DNA from: Rhizophagus irregularis
Lineage: Eukaryota
DNA length: 64,000 nt
Reading direction: 5' to 3'
NCBI RefSeq assembly: GCF_026210795.1
Contig: NC_089436.1
Span: 744,001 to 808,000 of the forward strand
The notes beneath the pieces were generated by a model. It made no database searches. It saw only the letters and a program-made list of their open reading frames with translations, and was not told the DNA's origin. Positions within the stretch are counted from its first letter, which is position 1; each line of letters starts with the position of its first letter. This document shows, piece by piece, positions 50,743-64,000 of the stretch. The position numbers and the translations under genes are program-made.

Positions 50743-52225
50743 TTTTATGATCTATAATGATGGAGTGAAAAAAATATTTTATCGTAATATGAAAAAGTAA
50801 ATCTTAAATTATTCTTAAATTTTCGTGATGAAAAGAGGTGAGAGGAATATCGAATTTTTAAAGGTAAAAAAAAGGGGGGAAGGAAAAAAAAAATGACGAG
50901 ATTATTAGATATGAAAAACAAAGAAAAAGGAAAAAAATATATATATAATTTTTTTTTTCTTTTTCAACAAATCAAACGATTTCGAAAGAGCGAGAAGTTT
51001 TTTTTTATAAAAAAAAAAAAGAATTTTTTTTTTCTAAAAAAAATATGAAAACCAAAAAAACGAAAGGAATAGTAAAAAAAATTATATATAAAAGAACCAA
51101 AGGCAGTTGACTAACTTTTTATTTTTTATTTTTTAAAAAAAAAATTTCATGATGAAATGTTGGGGCATTTATATTAGAAAAAAAAAATATTTTTTTTTTA
51201 TGTTAATTATTTCAAAATAACTGATATTATTTTATTATTCAATAGGTATAATATATACGGCATAAACCTATTTTGAAAGGGAGTGAAGCAGTAAAAAAAA
51301 AAAGAAAAAAGAAAAAAAAATAAATAAATACTCTAATTTAACTTGTATATAATGTACAATAATATAATAGTAATAATAATAAATAAATAAATAAAAAAAA
51401 AAAAGAGTTATTTTACTATTAAGTTTGTTTTATTGTATCCCGCAAAATATTTAAACTTTAAAAAAAAAATTTATTTAAAGCCAAAAATATATATATATAT
51501 ATATATTTTTTTTTATTTATTTATTTTTTTTTATTTAATATATTTTCTCTTTTTAAACTAAAAAAATTTTTTTTTTACCTTCGTAAATATTATTTGTGAT
51601 TGCATATTTTTAATTATTTTAGAGGACACTAAGTATAGTAAGTTTATTTTCCCAATAAATGGGACATGATTGGTTTCCACTTTCCAATCATAGTGCCCGG
51701 TATAAAAACCAGAAATTTAATATTCCTTTTAAGTAGTCATTCAAACTGTTATAAAGTCCTATGTGTGATCTACTTTGCATTACTTTTTATATTCTGAAAG
51801 AATTTAGAATTTTGCACTATTAAAATTAATAAATAATCTGTATATTATGTTGTGTTTTACAAAGTTTACAATATATACATAATAATAATTATATAATTAA
51901 AAAATTTATCCCTGCTTTTTTTTTCTTTCTTTTTTCTTTTTAAAAAAGAAAAAACAATCAACCTGTAATATTTCGCATAACGCATATATTATTAAAATAA
52001 TATCACAAAAAAAAAACGGAAAAATGAATATATATTCCGAAACAATTAGTTAACCGCCAAGGAAAGAAAAACTTTAAAAATAAAAAAAAAAAGTTAAAGA
52101 TTGATCTTGTAATATCGTACAACAACTCATGATTATAAATATTTATGAAATTATAATAATTTAAAAAGATAAATATAATTGGTTGTTTGATAAAAAAAAA
52201 AAAGACCCTGAATTGTTATAATTTT

Positions 52226-52258
<33 letters not shown>

Positions 52259-55200
52259 TTTTTTATTTTTTATTTTTTTTTTATATAATAAATTCACTAA
52301 AAATCAGTACCAACCTGAGCCAAAATCTCAATCAAAAAAAAAAAAACTTTCGTTTAAACAAATGAAGTACTTTTGTGATAATTTGCAATTGGTATCGTAT
52401 TCGAATATACTAATACAAATTTAGTTGTTCATTCAAAAAAAAAATCTATCCTTTATTTATCATTATTTTTGAACTCCTTGATACATTTACTGAAAATCTC
52501 CGTGTATCTATTATACGTGTACTATGTATACTGTACTTGTATGTGTGCAATCGAAAGTTCAAAAAAAAAAAAAATTTATGGCGAATCAAAATCAATGGCC
52601 TGTTTAATAATAAATGATTAGCTGTAGATTACACATGATTTGATACACTTTTTATAGACTTGTAATGATTATCAATTAGATTAATGACAGCTTCAGCTTA
52701 CAAATTCCCCCGCAAAATAATAAATTACTTTTTTTTTCTTACATATTAACAAATAAGCCTTATTTAGGATATTTATTGAGAGGTTCTTGTTCAGTTCCAA
52801 TTAAGTTTTCATTTGTAATAACATCATATTTTTTTTTAAAAAAAAAAGGAAAGAAATAAACAAATAAAATATAAATGAAAATAAAAAAAAACTAATTAAT
52901 ACTTTAATATTATATTTATTATATTTTATTATATTTATTATTATATTTATCAACCGAATATACACATAATAAATTAAGTGTTACATTATGCAAATCACGT
53001 CTCACATACTGGGGATGATCACTTTTTGAAAGATACGCTGACAATGAAAATGTATAACATGAGATGTGATAATCTTTTTGTACAAACCATAAACAAATAA
53101 AAAAAAAATTTAAGAATCCAGTCGTAAATTTTTTATTTTTTGAAAAAAAAAAAACTTATTGCGCGTAATTTTACGCGTAAAATTATTTTAATTTACGGTG
53201 TTGTATTACCCTTATGAAATATGGAAAATTGTTTTCTTGTTTAAATTTGAAAATGATCGAAACTTATTTATTTATTTATTTTAACTTTCTTTTATTTTGA
53301 TTACTTGATTACTTATGAAACTTTAATATTTCGCGTATATTCCGACCTTCCAATCATACTATACAGTTGAAAAATCATTCATTGTCCAATAGATTAAAAG
53401 GATAATTTAAAAAAGGATAACAAAATAAAAAAACCATATTTTTCTTTTTTTTTTCTTGGAAACTTTGTAATGGTTCTCGTATCCGCTTTTTATTTAAATA
53501 AATAAACGCACCCCATTTATGTAAGTACGATACAAGTACGATACAAGTACGATATAAGTACGAATTGGGTTCAACCACTTTTCGTCAATTGATTACAGTT
53601 AATAATTATATACCACATTTTTTTTTATGTGTTAAATTAAATATTCTCTTTTAAGCTGAAATCACTTTATATCAAGAAATTGGAAATTTGGCGTAAAAAA
53701 AAACATGATTATAAAAAAAAAAAAAGATCATGGGTTCATTGATAACCGAAATTACCGAAATTCTACGATTGGATTTTCACGGAATATCCGATTATACTTT
53801 GACCGACATTATTTATCTTTAAAAATAAAATTAAATGACGGAGGGTTTATACATAATAAAATTAAGTAATCAAGAATTATAAAAATATATAGTTATGTAA
53901 TCATTGAAAAAAGGAACTAGTCAGTTTAAGTTTAGATCTGTCAAAATATTTTAGATATTTTAGATATTTATATTAGATATTTTTGATCTTTTTTTCTTTT
54001 TACAAAAAAATATTTTATTATTATTATTACTATTATTTTCTATATACAGTATACATACAGTGAATGTACACACAGACGCAGATAAAACATACAATATATA
54101 CATATATACAACACATACATACATACATACTAACACATATGTGGCGACTTCTTATTATCCCATTTAACCCATTATAATAATAAATGATTTTATAGTTCAA
54201 AATAAAAATAACGAAATCATTTAGTGGTACATTACGCCAAATTTTTTCATAACATGGTACACCTTTAAAATTTTCGATTACTAAATTTGTGCAAAAAGGA
54301 CTTTATAATAAGAGTAGATTAAATGATAATATTAATATCAAAATTATTCGCTTTTTTTAAAAAAATATGTGCAAGCACAAACAATATTATTATATTTTAT
54401 TAGGATTGGTAATAAATTTACCCAAATTTTAATACTATTCTATCATATGTTTGTAAAAATTCTAACCTTATGACTTACACCAAAAGTTGATCACTTTATA
54501 TCGGTATTAATGTATCTTACACAAAAAAAAAAAGGGTCTGCAATTCTGCATAAAGAATTCCTTTCTGTTACACTTGAAAATGATTTTGGGTTGCCCGGGA
54601 TACTTTATGTCACGTGCACGTGTTTTCAACGTACAAAATTTCGGATTATTATTTTTCAAAAAGGGATCATTGTATTATTTATTAGTTATTATATAATTTT
54701 ATATATGTATATATATAATTTCGAGAACTTTTTTTTTATATACCCTTTTTTTTATTTTTTTATTTTTAAAAAAAACAAATAAAACTTTTTTACCAAACTT
54801 TTTGATTCTACCCGGCAGGTTGTGAGACAGGAATTTTTATTTTTCCGCATGACTCAATGATTTCATGATTTCATGTTTAGAATATCATTAGACAAACAAA
54901 GCCACATTTATATTTTTGTACAGTTTCAGGAATTTACAATAATGAATCAAAACAAAAAAAAAACATAATTAAATTAAATGTTTATGCTTTATGTTTGATA
55001 TGTTTTTGATTCGTTTTTTTTCACTTTTGAAATAAAAGTCATTTGCAACAAATAAAATTGAATAAAACTTTAGGTGGGGAAATCTGTTTATTATTGGTGA
55101 AAATCTAAATGTTTTTTTTTTAATTTTATTTTATTTTTTTTTTTTAGTATTCAAACTTGAGACATGAAAAAAATTTTTTTTTATTTTTTTTACAAATACA

Positions 55201-55790
55201 AATAAAAAAAAAACTCGTATGATTTATATGATTTAAAGTTTCAAACGTTAACATTGTTTTTTAATATTTATCATTGACATCATAATGCATTATGTACATA
55301 CATTTACCATTGTGACTCGTTTAAAACGTTTGTAATTTTACGTAATTCTCGTTGGTTAATTTTTTAAAGTTACGATTCGGAATTACGATTTGAAAATTTG
55401 ACAAAAAAAATCTGCTGACTAATATTAAAACCTTAAATTTGAATTGATTCGGAATTTTTTAATAAAACAATGCATTGATTATTAATAAAGAAAGTTATAC
55501 GTTATATTTATACCTTATTAATACAGTAATATTTATATATAGCATGTCAATTTTTGTTGAAAGATTGTTGTAATTAATGATATTCGATAATTTGTCAGTT
55601 TTTTTTTTTTGATTACTAAAATTATTTGAATTATTATCCGTTGTTATACTTGAATAAATTCGGGTCCATTCGGGTGAGCTCCTAGTATGAAACATGATGT
55701 TGGTGATTTCAAAAGAAGAATAGATAATGATCTCGAAGATTAATATACATGTATGTTGATTCCGTCAGAAGTATTGTTTTCGAGTGCTAA

Positions 55791-55900
55791 CCCTATAAAA
55801 ATTTCTGGGGAAAATTTCGATAAATGATCATTTTTCTAGTTTTCATTCCGAAAAAAACTTCGATATGTGATCAATTTTCTAAAAAAAATTTTTATAGGGT
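55791..55900. repeat. ~110-bp mini foldback element; an inverted copy lies at ~57559-57661
   Basis: ACCCTATAAAAA...TTTTTATAGGGT; the internal TAGTTTTCATTCCGAA is reversed in the second copy. Confidence 0.6.
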
Positions 55901-56413
55901 GAATTTGGTTTTTAATGTAAGTTACTTTGTAAAATTTACTTATAAAGTTCGTTTGATACAAAGCAAATTTTATATGATTTTTAAATATTTGCAGTTTTTA
56001 TAGTATTATGAAAATTTGAAAAACTATTATTATTTTTAATTTGTCATCACATATAGAATAGGATATCGAGTTTGCATTCAATAATGATATAGATAATTAT
56101 TGGGTCAATTTAATTATTGAGTCAAATTGTGGTTCCACACTCTCACTTGTAGAATACCTAAAAAAGTGTGGGTCAGAAGACTGTCAGAAGATATACTGTA
56201 ACAAAACCGTTCAATCATTTATATTGGTATAAGTATGATATGGCGATATTTTTCAAAAATGTTAGTTATATCGGAGTTTGTACTGTACGTTATAAGCGGA
56301 GTCCTACATTAAGATGATTGTAAATTGAGAATTATATATCTATTTTTAGCATTAAGTACATAAATCACGTGACTGTATTTGAATCACCCTCCAAGTAATT
56401 CTGGGCGTTATTA

Positions 56414-56683
56414 CCGTATAGCGCTGCATATAGTACCCCTGGTACTATTCACGGGGGATACTATAGGAGGAGGAGGGGGGGGGGGGGGGGGGGGGGGGGT
56501 ACTAAATAAATTAGTACATAAAATTTGAAAATTTGATTAGTTTTTCAAGTCGGAATATGATTAGTATCCGGGGTATTATTCAAAATCGAATTTTGATTAG
56601 TACCGAATGTGAATTTGAATAATACCCCGGTACTATTTGAAGGGGTACTATTACAAGGGGGTACTGTATGCAGCGCTATACGG
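56414..56683. mobile_element. TA-flanked MITE with termini related to the 25753-30406 transposon
   Basis: TA|CCGTATAGCGCTGCATATAGTACCCC ... GGGGTACTGTATGCAGCGCTATACGG|TA. Confidence 0.8.
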
Positions 56684-56825
56684 TAAATGTCGCGTAGTGA
56701 ATTTTTCTTAGCGCCGGCCAAATTCAGAGCCGATAAAATTAGTTATTATTTTTATTCATCATTATTTGGAAAAAAATGGTTTAAGCAACTCCGACAAATG
56801 GATATTATTAATTGAGTAACCTTTA

Positions 56826-57069
56826 TTGTATGTATGGTATAGTTTTTTATTTTATACAGTATAATTTTTTATCTATGCTGAATAGTTACTTCAAATCTTA
56901 ATATTTAAAGTCATCTTAATATTTAAAGTCAAATTTTTAACCCAAATCTTTAACCCTAATCCTAACTAATTCTAACCCAAATCCTATACCTGATCCTAAC
57001 CCCCTAAAAATATACCGTATAACTAACTATACAGTATAGGCAATAATAAAACCTATACCATACATACAA
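56826..57069. mobile_element. MITE-like element containing degenerate (TAACCC)-like repeats
   Basis: TTGTATGTATGGTATAG ... CTATACCATACATACAA. Confidence 0.55.
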
Positions 57070-57682
57070 CGAGCGTCCTGGTACCGTTATTATTTCGATG
57101 AGTTAACAACTATCAATGATGTGTATAATTGATACATAAAATTATTTTTTATATAAATCAGTCCGCGGTTGAAATTTGATCGATATTATTTGTTATATGA
57201 ACTTACAGTAGTTTAAAACTTAAAAAAACAAGTTAAATATTAAACTTTATATGGGTTCAATTTCAGTTTACATACAGTACGCTCTATTAATTTTTGTATA
57301 GGCGTGATAAGTTTGAGACATTGTAAAAGTGGATAGTATGAAAAGTACTTTGGACGATGGAGAAGAATATGATGATGGTAAAATCATCCAAGCGGAATAT
57401 ATGAACTATGAAGATGAGCAAATGCATATAATAAAATTGTACACAGTATTAGATCTGTGACTGTGATCAATGTATTACCATTTAACACTGCTTAAAATAT
57501 TTCCGTTTTAAAGACTAAGTATAAATCATGGTAATAAAGGATCTAGGTTTAATACCATGCCTTATAAAAATTTTTTCAGAAAAATGATCATGTGTCCGAG
57601 TTTCTTCGGAATGAAAACTAGATCATTTATAGGAGTTTTTTCCAGAATTTTTTTTATAGGGCCAGGTGGTTGAATGAATGAG

Positions 57683-58110
57683 TATATATGACTTCCGTGC
57701 GTCAGGTGTCGATTTGCGTCAGATGACAGCTGACGCGCGTCAGATGCCAATTTTGAATAGTTTCTTATAAGTAAACATCTTTATTTATTAATTAAATTGT
57801 CTTTTATTTTATAAGTAAATCTGTGCATCATAATTATTTGCGTATATCCTGAAAATTTCAAGTAAATACCATTAATGCTGAATTATATATTGCAGATATA
57901 TAATGTTATTCAAAGTTTTAGCTATAATTAAACATAAAATTTTTCAGTCTTAATGTGCCTTTATTGCCTAAGTAAATTAGTTCATCACATTTTTAAATAT
58001 ATTATAATGCTAAAATTTCAACACGTTCGGATTCATATTGGTGGAAATTTCCTTCTTTAAAATATGCAGTTGTCATCTGACGCAAATCGACATCTGACGC
58101 ACAACATATA
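57683..58110. mobile_element. MITE-like element
   Basis: GTGCGTCAGGTGTCGATTTGCGTCAGATGACA ... TGTCATCTGACGCAAATCGACATCTGACGCAC. Confidence 0.7.
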
Positions 58111-58199
58111 TATGGTATGGTATTAAAAACTGGTATGTATGGTTAGTATGGTACCTACTTTCATATTAAAATGCTATACAGTATACATCTTTGACCATA

Positions 58200-58590
58200 C
58201 CATATCGGTGTACCGTTGGTATGGTACTACAATCTCTATTAAAATTTCAATAGCATATATACAACGGAGGTCATATCATACTCATTATCGTCATACCGCG
58301 TACAACGAGGGTCATATCATATTCATTATCGTTGTACCGTTGGTATGATGCTACAATCTCGTATTAAAATTTCAATAGCATATATACAACGGAGGTCATA
58401 TCATACTCATTATCGTTGTACCGTTGGGTATGGTGCTACAATCTCGTATTAAAATATACCGTATAGCATACGTACAACGGAAGTCACATCATACTCATTA
58501 TCGTCATACAAGGGTCATATCATCGTTGTATCACACTCTCATATTAAAATCTATACGAGGCCATATCATACTCATTATCGTCATACCGGG
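58200..58590. repeat. Degenerate tandem repeat (TACAACGGAGGTCATATCATACTCATTATCG core)
   Basis: Core recurs about six times, alternating with TACAATCTCGTATTAAAAT. Confidence 0.75.
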
Positions 58591-59424
58591 ATCTCCCTAG
58601 AGTAACCGTCTTTTTAACCATTAAATTTAAATTCAAAAGAATGAAAATTCTTAGATTTTTTTTTAAATGTTCTAAAATTCTATTCCTGAAAGCTCAGAAT
58701 AGGTGTAAAGCAGTGATGTGCATTTATGCTTCCATAGTACAATCCAAATGGCTTTATTAGAAAATTATGCTTCCAATCTTTCCAAAGGTGTTTCCAATAT
58801 TGCTTCCAATCTTCCAAGGGCACATCACTGGTGTAAAGTAAGCATGTTTGTAAGCACCTTATCAAAGTCACTCCTTAATTTAAGATAATTTTGGTCATGT
58901 ACCGTACATACAAACGGGCAATATAATTTAACATCTGGAGCGGTTTAACTAATCGTTCTTTGGAATCAGGCTCATATACTGTAAGAGAATTTACTCTTAA
59001 TCAGAAATTAAAACTTTATTTGGGATGTAAATAAGTCGAAGTGGATGGCTCATTTGGAAATGATATTAAAGACAACTTCACATCATGGATTTCAAAAAAC
59101 AACAAAAACATAAATACGTAAATAAATAATTCATTCGTTCATACTTTTTATATCTGACGAATTTTTACGTGTTCCAAAGACAATCGCTAGTTGGGTTTAT
59201 GACAAGATAACAACAACACAAATAAATAGAAAAAGTTATTTATCTTAATTTATTTTACTTAAATTCTTAACGGGATCTTAGTATTACATAATATCATAAT
59301 TGATGCCTGCATCTTTGAATTTGAAAAAAAATTTACTAGGCTAGTCTAAGTAAAGTAAGAATCGAACTAATTAAGTTCAACGAAATGATAATTATCAATT
59401 TATCATCTCAGAAATGTTAACTGG

Positions 59425-60156
59425 TTAACCCCCAGTAAAATAAACCCCCAGTAAAAAAAATAAAATAAAAAATGTTAACCGGTAAACCCCCAGTAAAATA
59501 AACCCCAGTAAAAAAACAAAATAAACGAGTAATTTAATTACTCCTAGGAATGACGACACCTCTTCTTGGATGTCACGGTAAACCCCCAGTAAAATAAACC
59601 CCCAGTAAAAAAACAAAATAAACGAGTAATTTAATTACTCCTAGGAATGACGACACCTCTTCTTGGATGTCACGGTAAACCCCCAGTAAAATAAACCCCC
59701 AGTAAAAAAACAAAATAAACGAGTAATTTAATTACTCCTAGGAATGACGACACCTCTTCTTGGATGGCACGGTAAACCCCCAGTAAAATAAACCCCCAGT
59801 AAAAAAACAAAATAAACGAGTAATTTAATTACTCCTAGGAATGACGACACCTCTTCTTGGATGTCACGGTAAACCCCCAGTAAAATAAACCCCCAGTAAA
59901 AAAACAAAATAAACGAGTAATTTAATTACTCCTAGGAAGACGACACCTCTTCTTGGATGTCACGGTAAACCCCCAGTAAAATAAACCCCCAGTAAAAAAA
60001 CAAAATAAACGAGTAATTTAATTACTCCTAGGAATGACGACACCTCTTCTTGGATGTCACGGTAAACCCCCAGTAAAATAAACCCCCAGTAAAAAAACAA
60101 AATAAACGAGTAATTTAATTACTCCTAGGAATGACGACACCTCTTCTTGGATGTCA
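59425..60156. repeat. 97-bp minisatellite, seven nearly identical copies plus partial units
   Basis: GAGTAATTTAATTACTC at 59527, 59624, 59721, 59818, 59915, 60011 and 60108. Confidence 0.95.
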
Positions 60157-60179
60157 AAGTATTCAAAGTATTACAAAAT

Positions 60180-60510
60180 GGTATTATATTATTTAAAGTT
60201 TTTAAATGGTAATGGATTAATATTCGAAGATTGTATTATAATCCTCCTACTGGAGATTATTTGTATTATATTCCTCCTACTCGGAGATTATTTGTATTAT
60301 ATTTTCTTACTTCCTACCGGAGTATTATTTGTATTATATATTTATATTTAAATTTTAAATGGCAATGGATTAATATTCGAAGATTGTATTATAATCCTCC
60401 TACCGGAGATTATTTGTATTATATTCTTCTTACTTCCTACCGGAGTATTATTTGTATTATATCCTTCTTACCAGAGGATTGTATTATATTCCTCTTAACA
60501 TATTATTTGT
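60180..60510. repeat. Degenerate ~30-bp repeats (GGAGATTATTTGTATTATATTCCTCCTAC) within a ~150-bp duplication
   Basis: Direct inspection. Confidence 0.7.
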
Positions 60511-60980
60511 AATATTTAAATCCTTAACCGGATGATTGCAGCAATTGACTAATACGGAACCAGTACAGGATTAATCTCATAATTTCAGCAATTGATTTAA
60601 CTCTGAATCACTGTACACCTGCTGATTGAAATTGTAGGTGCACGAGGCAACCTACTGTACTAAATGTTTCTACCATTTAACGGTGTTAACTTGCTATTTT
60701 TTGTTATTTTGCAACAAACACCCAGTCTCACTAATTTGAGACTAAAATCTCACTGATGGTTATATATGTTCTTCAAATCTCACTATCGGTTATATGTGTT
60801 CTTGAAATCTAGCTAATGTTATTATGTTCTAGAGACGCGCTCCTGAACTAACATTATTAAAAAAAAAAAGGTTCTGAATTTTGTTAATTTCTTTTAATGA
60901 AACATGGTCTCCGGTCTACTAAGTATAAATGTTCGAATGCTCATGGGCTGTTCATCTGTTTCGTTTTAGCTCGCTGGCTT

Positions 60981-61045
60981 TCATTTTTGTTGTCATTTTT
61001 GTTGTCATTTTTGTTGTCATTTTTGTTGTCATTTTTGTTGTCATT
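60981..61045. repeat. 12-bp tandem repeat (TCATTTTTGTTG)n
   Basis: About five copies. Confidence 0.9.
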
Positions 61046-61309
61046 TTGTTGTCATTTTTGTTATTAAAGTTCTTGGTCATTAGCCATGAACTTTATTAGC
61101 GTCGGTCGTGACCTAGCTATGTCTGCCTTTACAAATCTCGGGGTTATCATTATAATATTGGGTTTTGGGTATCCTAGCCAAGCTCGTGAGCCAGGAGCAT
61201 GACATTCGTAAACGATCTTGGTTGGATTATTTCCTGGAGGTAAAAATAGCGGCCGTTGCGGTATGTATTTGATGAACTCTGGGCGAACATAAACGCTCGG
61301 TGGTGCTTG

Positions 61310-61597
61310 GATTATAATTCTCTATGGCTTGCTGACGGACTTCAGATGAAGTCCTCATATTTAGGATTATAATTCTCTATGACTTTCGACTGAAGTCTCA
61401 GACGGGTCTCCTCATATTTAATATCATAATTCTCTATGACTTTCAATTGAAGTCTCAGACGGGTCTCCTCATATTTAGTATTATAATTCTCTATGACTTT
61501 TGAATGAAGTCTCAGACGGGTCTCCTCATATTTAGTATTATAATTCTCTATGACTTTCAATTGAAGTCTCAGACGGGTCTCCTCATATTTAGTATTA
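61310..61597 (-). repeat. 60-bp tandem repeat, open on the minus strand as KVIENYNTKYEETRLRLQS units
   Basis: GAAGTCTCAGACGGGTCTCCTCATATTTAG recurs with a period of ~57-60 bp; ORF 61342..61560. Confidence 0.8.
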
Positions 61598-62699
61598 ATA
61601 GAAGGTGTGGTGAGTGAAGATGTAGAGTGACAAAAGAACTTAGATATTAAAAGAAAAGCTTAGGTAATTTTATATTCATAATCATAGCTTAGTAGAATCA
61701 CCGGTGAAACATGTTTTAAAATAGGAATTAATAATAGAATTGAGTTGAGGGATATTTTTTTTTCCTTTTTTTTTTTGATTTGTTTTGTCGTTCGTGTGTA
61801 TGTATATATATATATATATATACATATGCATATATGTATACTCACTATACTGACGTGATTTTATCGTTTGGTTAATCGAAAGGAAAAACCTATCTTCCTA
61901 TCAATCAATTACACTTTTATGAGTTTTATGCAAAAACTTCTGATAAAGATCTTCAATGCATTCAATATTTGTAATAAATCTTATCATTTTCAAGAAAATT
62001 AAGTAATTCTCCTGAATCCATTACGCCATCATTTTTTTAATAAATATAAAGTTAGAAAATTATTGTAAATCCTTCATAGTAAAAATTTAAAGTTTTAATT
62101 TATCCAATTAAAAATCAAAAATTATTAATTAAATAGGGGGAAACGGAATATGAAAGGGGGTAATTTACATCTGATCATCGATTTAAGACTAAAGATAAAA
62201 TCTGTTTTTAAAGGGGTTTCCTTTTATTATTAATATGAAATAGTTTAAATGCAAAATTTTTTTTTTCTCACGTCCCTTAAAAATTGTACGTAATGACATT
62301 TGAAAAAAGCATTGACCACCATGATTTATAATCTGATGATCAAAAATAACAAAAATGACGGATTTATTATTCTTATCTCAATTCTATTACTGTATGTTTT
62401 TCTCTCTGATAAGGTTCTTCAAATAAACTTTAATATGGTAGTTACACCTAACAGTCAACTGTTATTTATATCGAAATAACATCACTCGTGCCACTGCATA
62501 ATGTATCATAATTTGGCAAGGATAATCTTTAAATTATATGGGAGAGTACTGCGGGAGTCAATAGAAAAAAAAGTCAATTTTTTATTGGTTCATTTTGCTG
62601 ATCACAGTCATGTGAACAAAAATTTCTGATTGGTTCCGAGTATTCGGCATTATTGACTTACCCGATTACAATTTGTTCGTAAAGAATTTTTCTTGCAAA

Positions 62700-63083
62700 A
62701 TGGCTCTTAGTTATCGAGATTATGAAAATTATGATGACCGCCAAAGTCAGTTGCGACAACGGCAAATCATTGAAAACCATGGTAAAGTCAACTTACACTT
62801 CCATCTTAATGAAATTGATCAATTATCGAATGTTCAATTACCGAATGTCAAATTCATAAATTACGGAGAAATGAACGTATTCGTTGAGAAATGCAAGATT
62901 TGTGAAAAAGCAATCGATAATAATCCCACCACTACCTGTTGCTGTTCAAATTCGAGTAATTCCACTCCCAAAATTAATTCCATTCCCAGTAATACTTTAT
63001 CTACCATTTTAAAATTTATTTCATTTATTATTATACTTTTTTTACTCTTCGTATTACTTGTAATAATATTTATTTTATTATAG
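62700..63083 (+). CDS. Hypothetical small protein with Cys cluster and C-terminal transmembrane helix
   Basis: ATG 62700 MALSYRDY; CKIC...CCC; hydrophobic tail FISFIIILFLLFVLLVIIFILL. Confidence 0.55.
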   Translation: MALSYRDYENYDDRQSQLRQRQIIENHGKVNLHFHLNEIDQLSNVQLPNVKFINYGEMNVFVEKCKICEKAIDNNPTTTCCCSNSSNSTPKINSIPSNTLSTILKFISFIIILFLLFVLLVIIFILL

Positions 63084-64000
63084 TTTACATTTTATATTTT
63101 TTCTTTATCTGTTATTGTATATCCGTTATATTTTATTTTTCTATCATACTCCTCATCAAACGAATAAGTAGTCGAAATAGGCGAGTTTATATTATTAATT
63201 CTAATGCCTTTATATAGCTTGCATCCTAGTGTGTTTTTAATAAACAGATCAGGTCAATCTTTTTTCTATGAATCGCATTTCTTTATGAGTTATTGGAGTG
63301 GGTTGCTGATTTTAAGTAATAGGAAATTTCGTACGATTGCGCATGATTTCACGTATAACGCGTAATTTCTTAACATTCACCCTACTCTCCTGTTATCATG
63401 AATTTAAAGGTATGTGACATGATTATCACTTTATAATGTTAATAACACTTTCCGTAGATGAGAAAATTAAAACGTCTTAGATTTTTAAGCGGTATCATAG
63501 TCTATCAACAAAATGCGTAATAAAGTGAAACGATCATTCCGTTCACTTATAGCAATTTATATCTGGGATCATTTCATAGAACTATGAACAATTGTGATGA
63601 ATTACTTGGTGATTGTTATAGTGATGGTAAAACAGATTATTCGAGGGATGATGATGGGGTAGTGATCACAATCACCACTTTGATATTAATTACTAATGAT
63701 GAAATACTCAAAAAAGAAATGTATATTATTTCAAATATTTTTAAATTTTAATGTTTGGGCTAAACATGGCATTTGATACTTGGTGGTAAAATCTGTGATT
63801 TTTTTACTCAAGATACTTATCATCTATGATTTTACCATCATGTCTTTTATTGAACAAAAAATATGAGAGATCAAAGTTAATTTATGCAAAAGCCTTTACT
63901 TTACCTACACCGCGAGATTTCTTATGTTTTTTCGATTTCTTCTTCAGTGTATGTTCCTTAGGAGCGTTCTTTCTGATGCCGTCGATTTCTCTGGTCTTGT

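Noticed and set aside
56935..57010. Telomeric repeat
   Set aside because: Only a few degenerate TAACCC-like units inside a small inverted-repeat element.
59425..60156. CRISPR-like array
   Set aside because: Units are identical along their whole length, with no unique spacers and no cas operon; this is a minisatellite.

Overview
AT-rich, repeat-dense eukaryotic DNA, most consistent with an arbuscular mycorrhizal (Glomeromycotina, Rhizophagus-like) fungus; the host assignment is inferred from composition, intron style and gene families. The main feature is a complete 14,352-bp Maverick/Polinton-like DNA element (8925-23276) with ~485-bp terminal inverted repeats (GTCGTC...GACGAC) and a 5-bp target-site duplication (AGTGC). 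It encodes a chromodomain integrase, an A32-type packaging ATPase, a compact protein-primed-type PolB with an OTU-like protease segment, a D5-like SF3 helicase and two F-box proteins. I find no double-jelly-roll capsid, penton or adenain protease. In their place is a Ty3/gypsy-like Gag plus retropepsin module with no RT, RNase H or LTRs, joined at an A9-G slippery site and packed tightly between the integrase and the ATPase. This suggests a DNA-virus/retroelement chimera. Most element genes share an upstream AWTTGAA motif. The rest of the window holds a 4.6-kb TA-flanked TIR transposon with a C-terminal homeodomain-like tail, many MITEs, inverted duplications, tandem arrays, a frameshifted VapD/Cas2-like gene, transposase relics and an intron-containing SAM methyltransferase. 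Many ORFs carry single-base frameshifts, from either decay or long-read error. All protein family calls rest on motifs read by eye, not on database searches.
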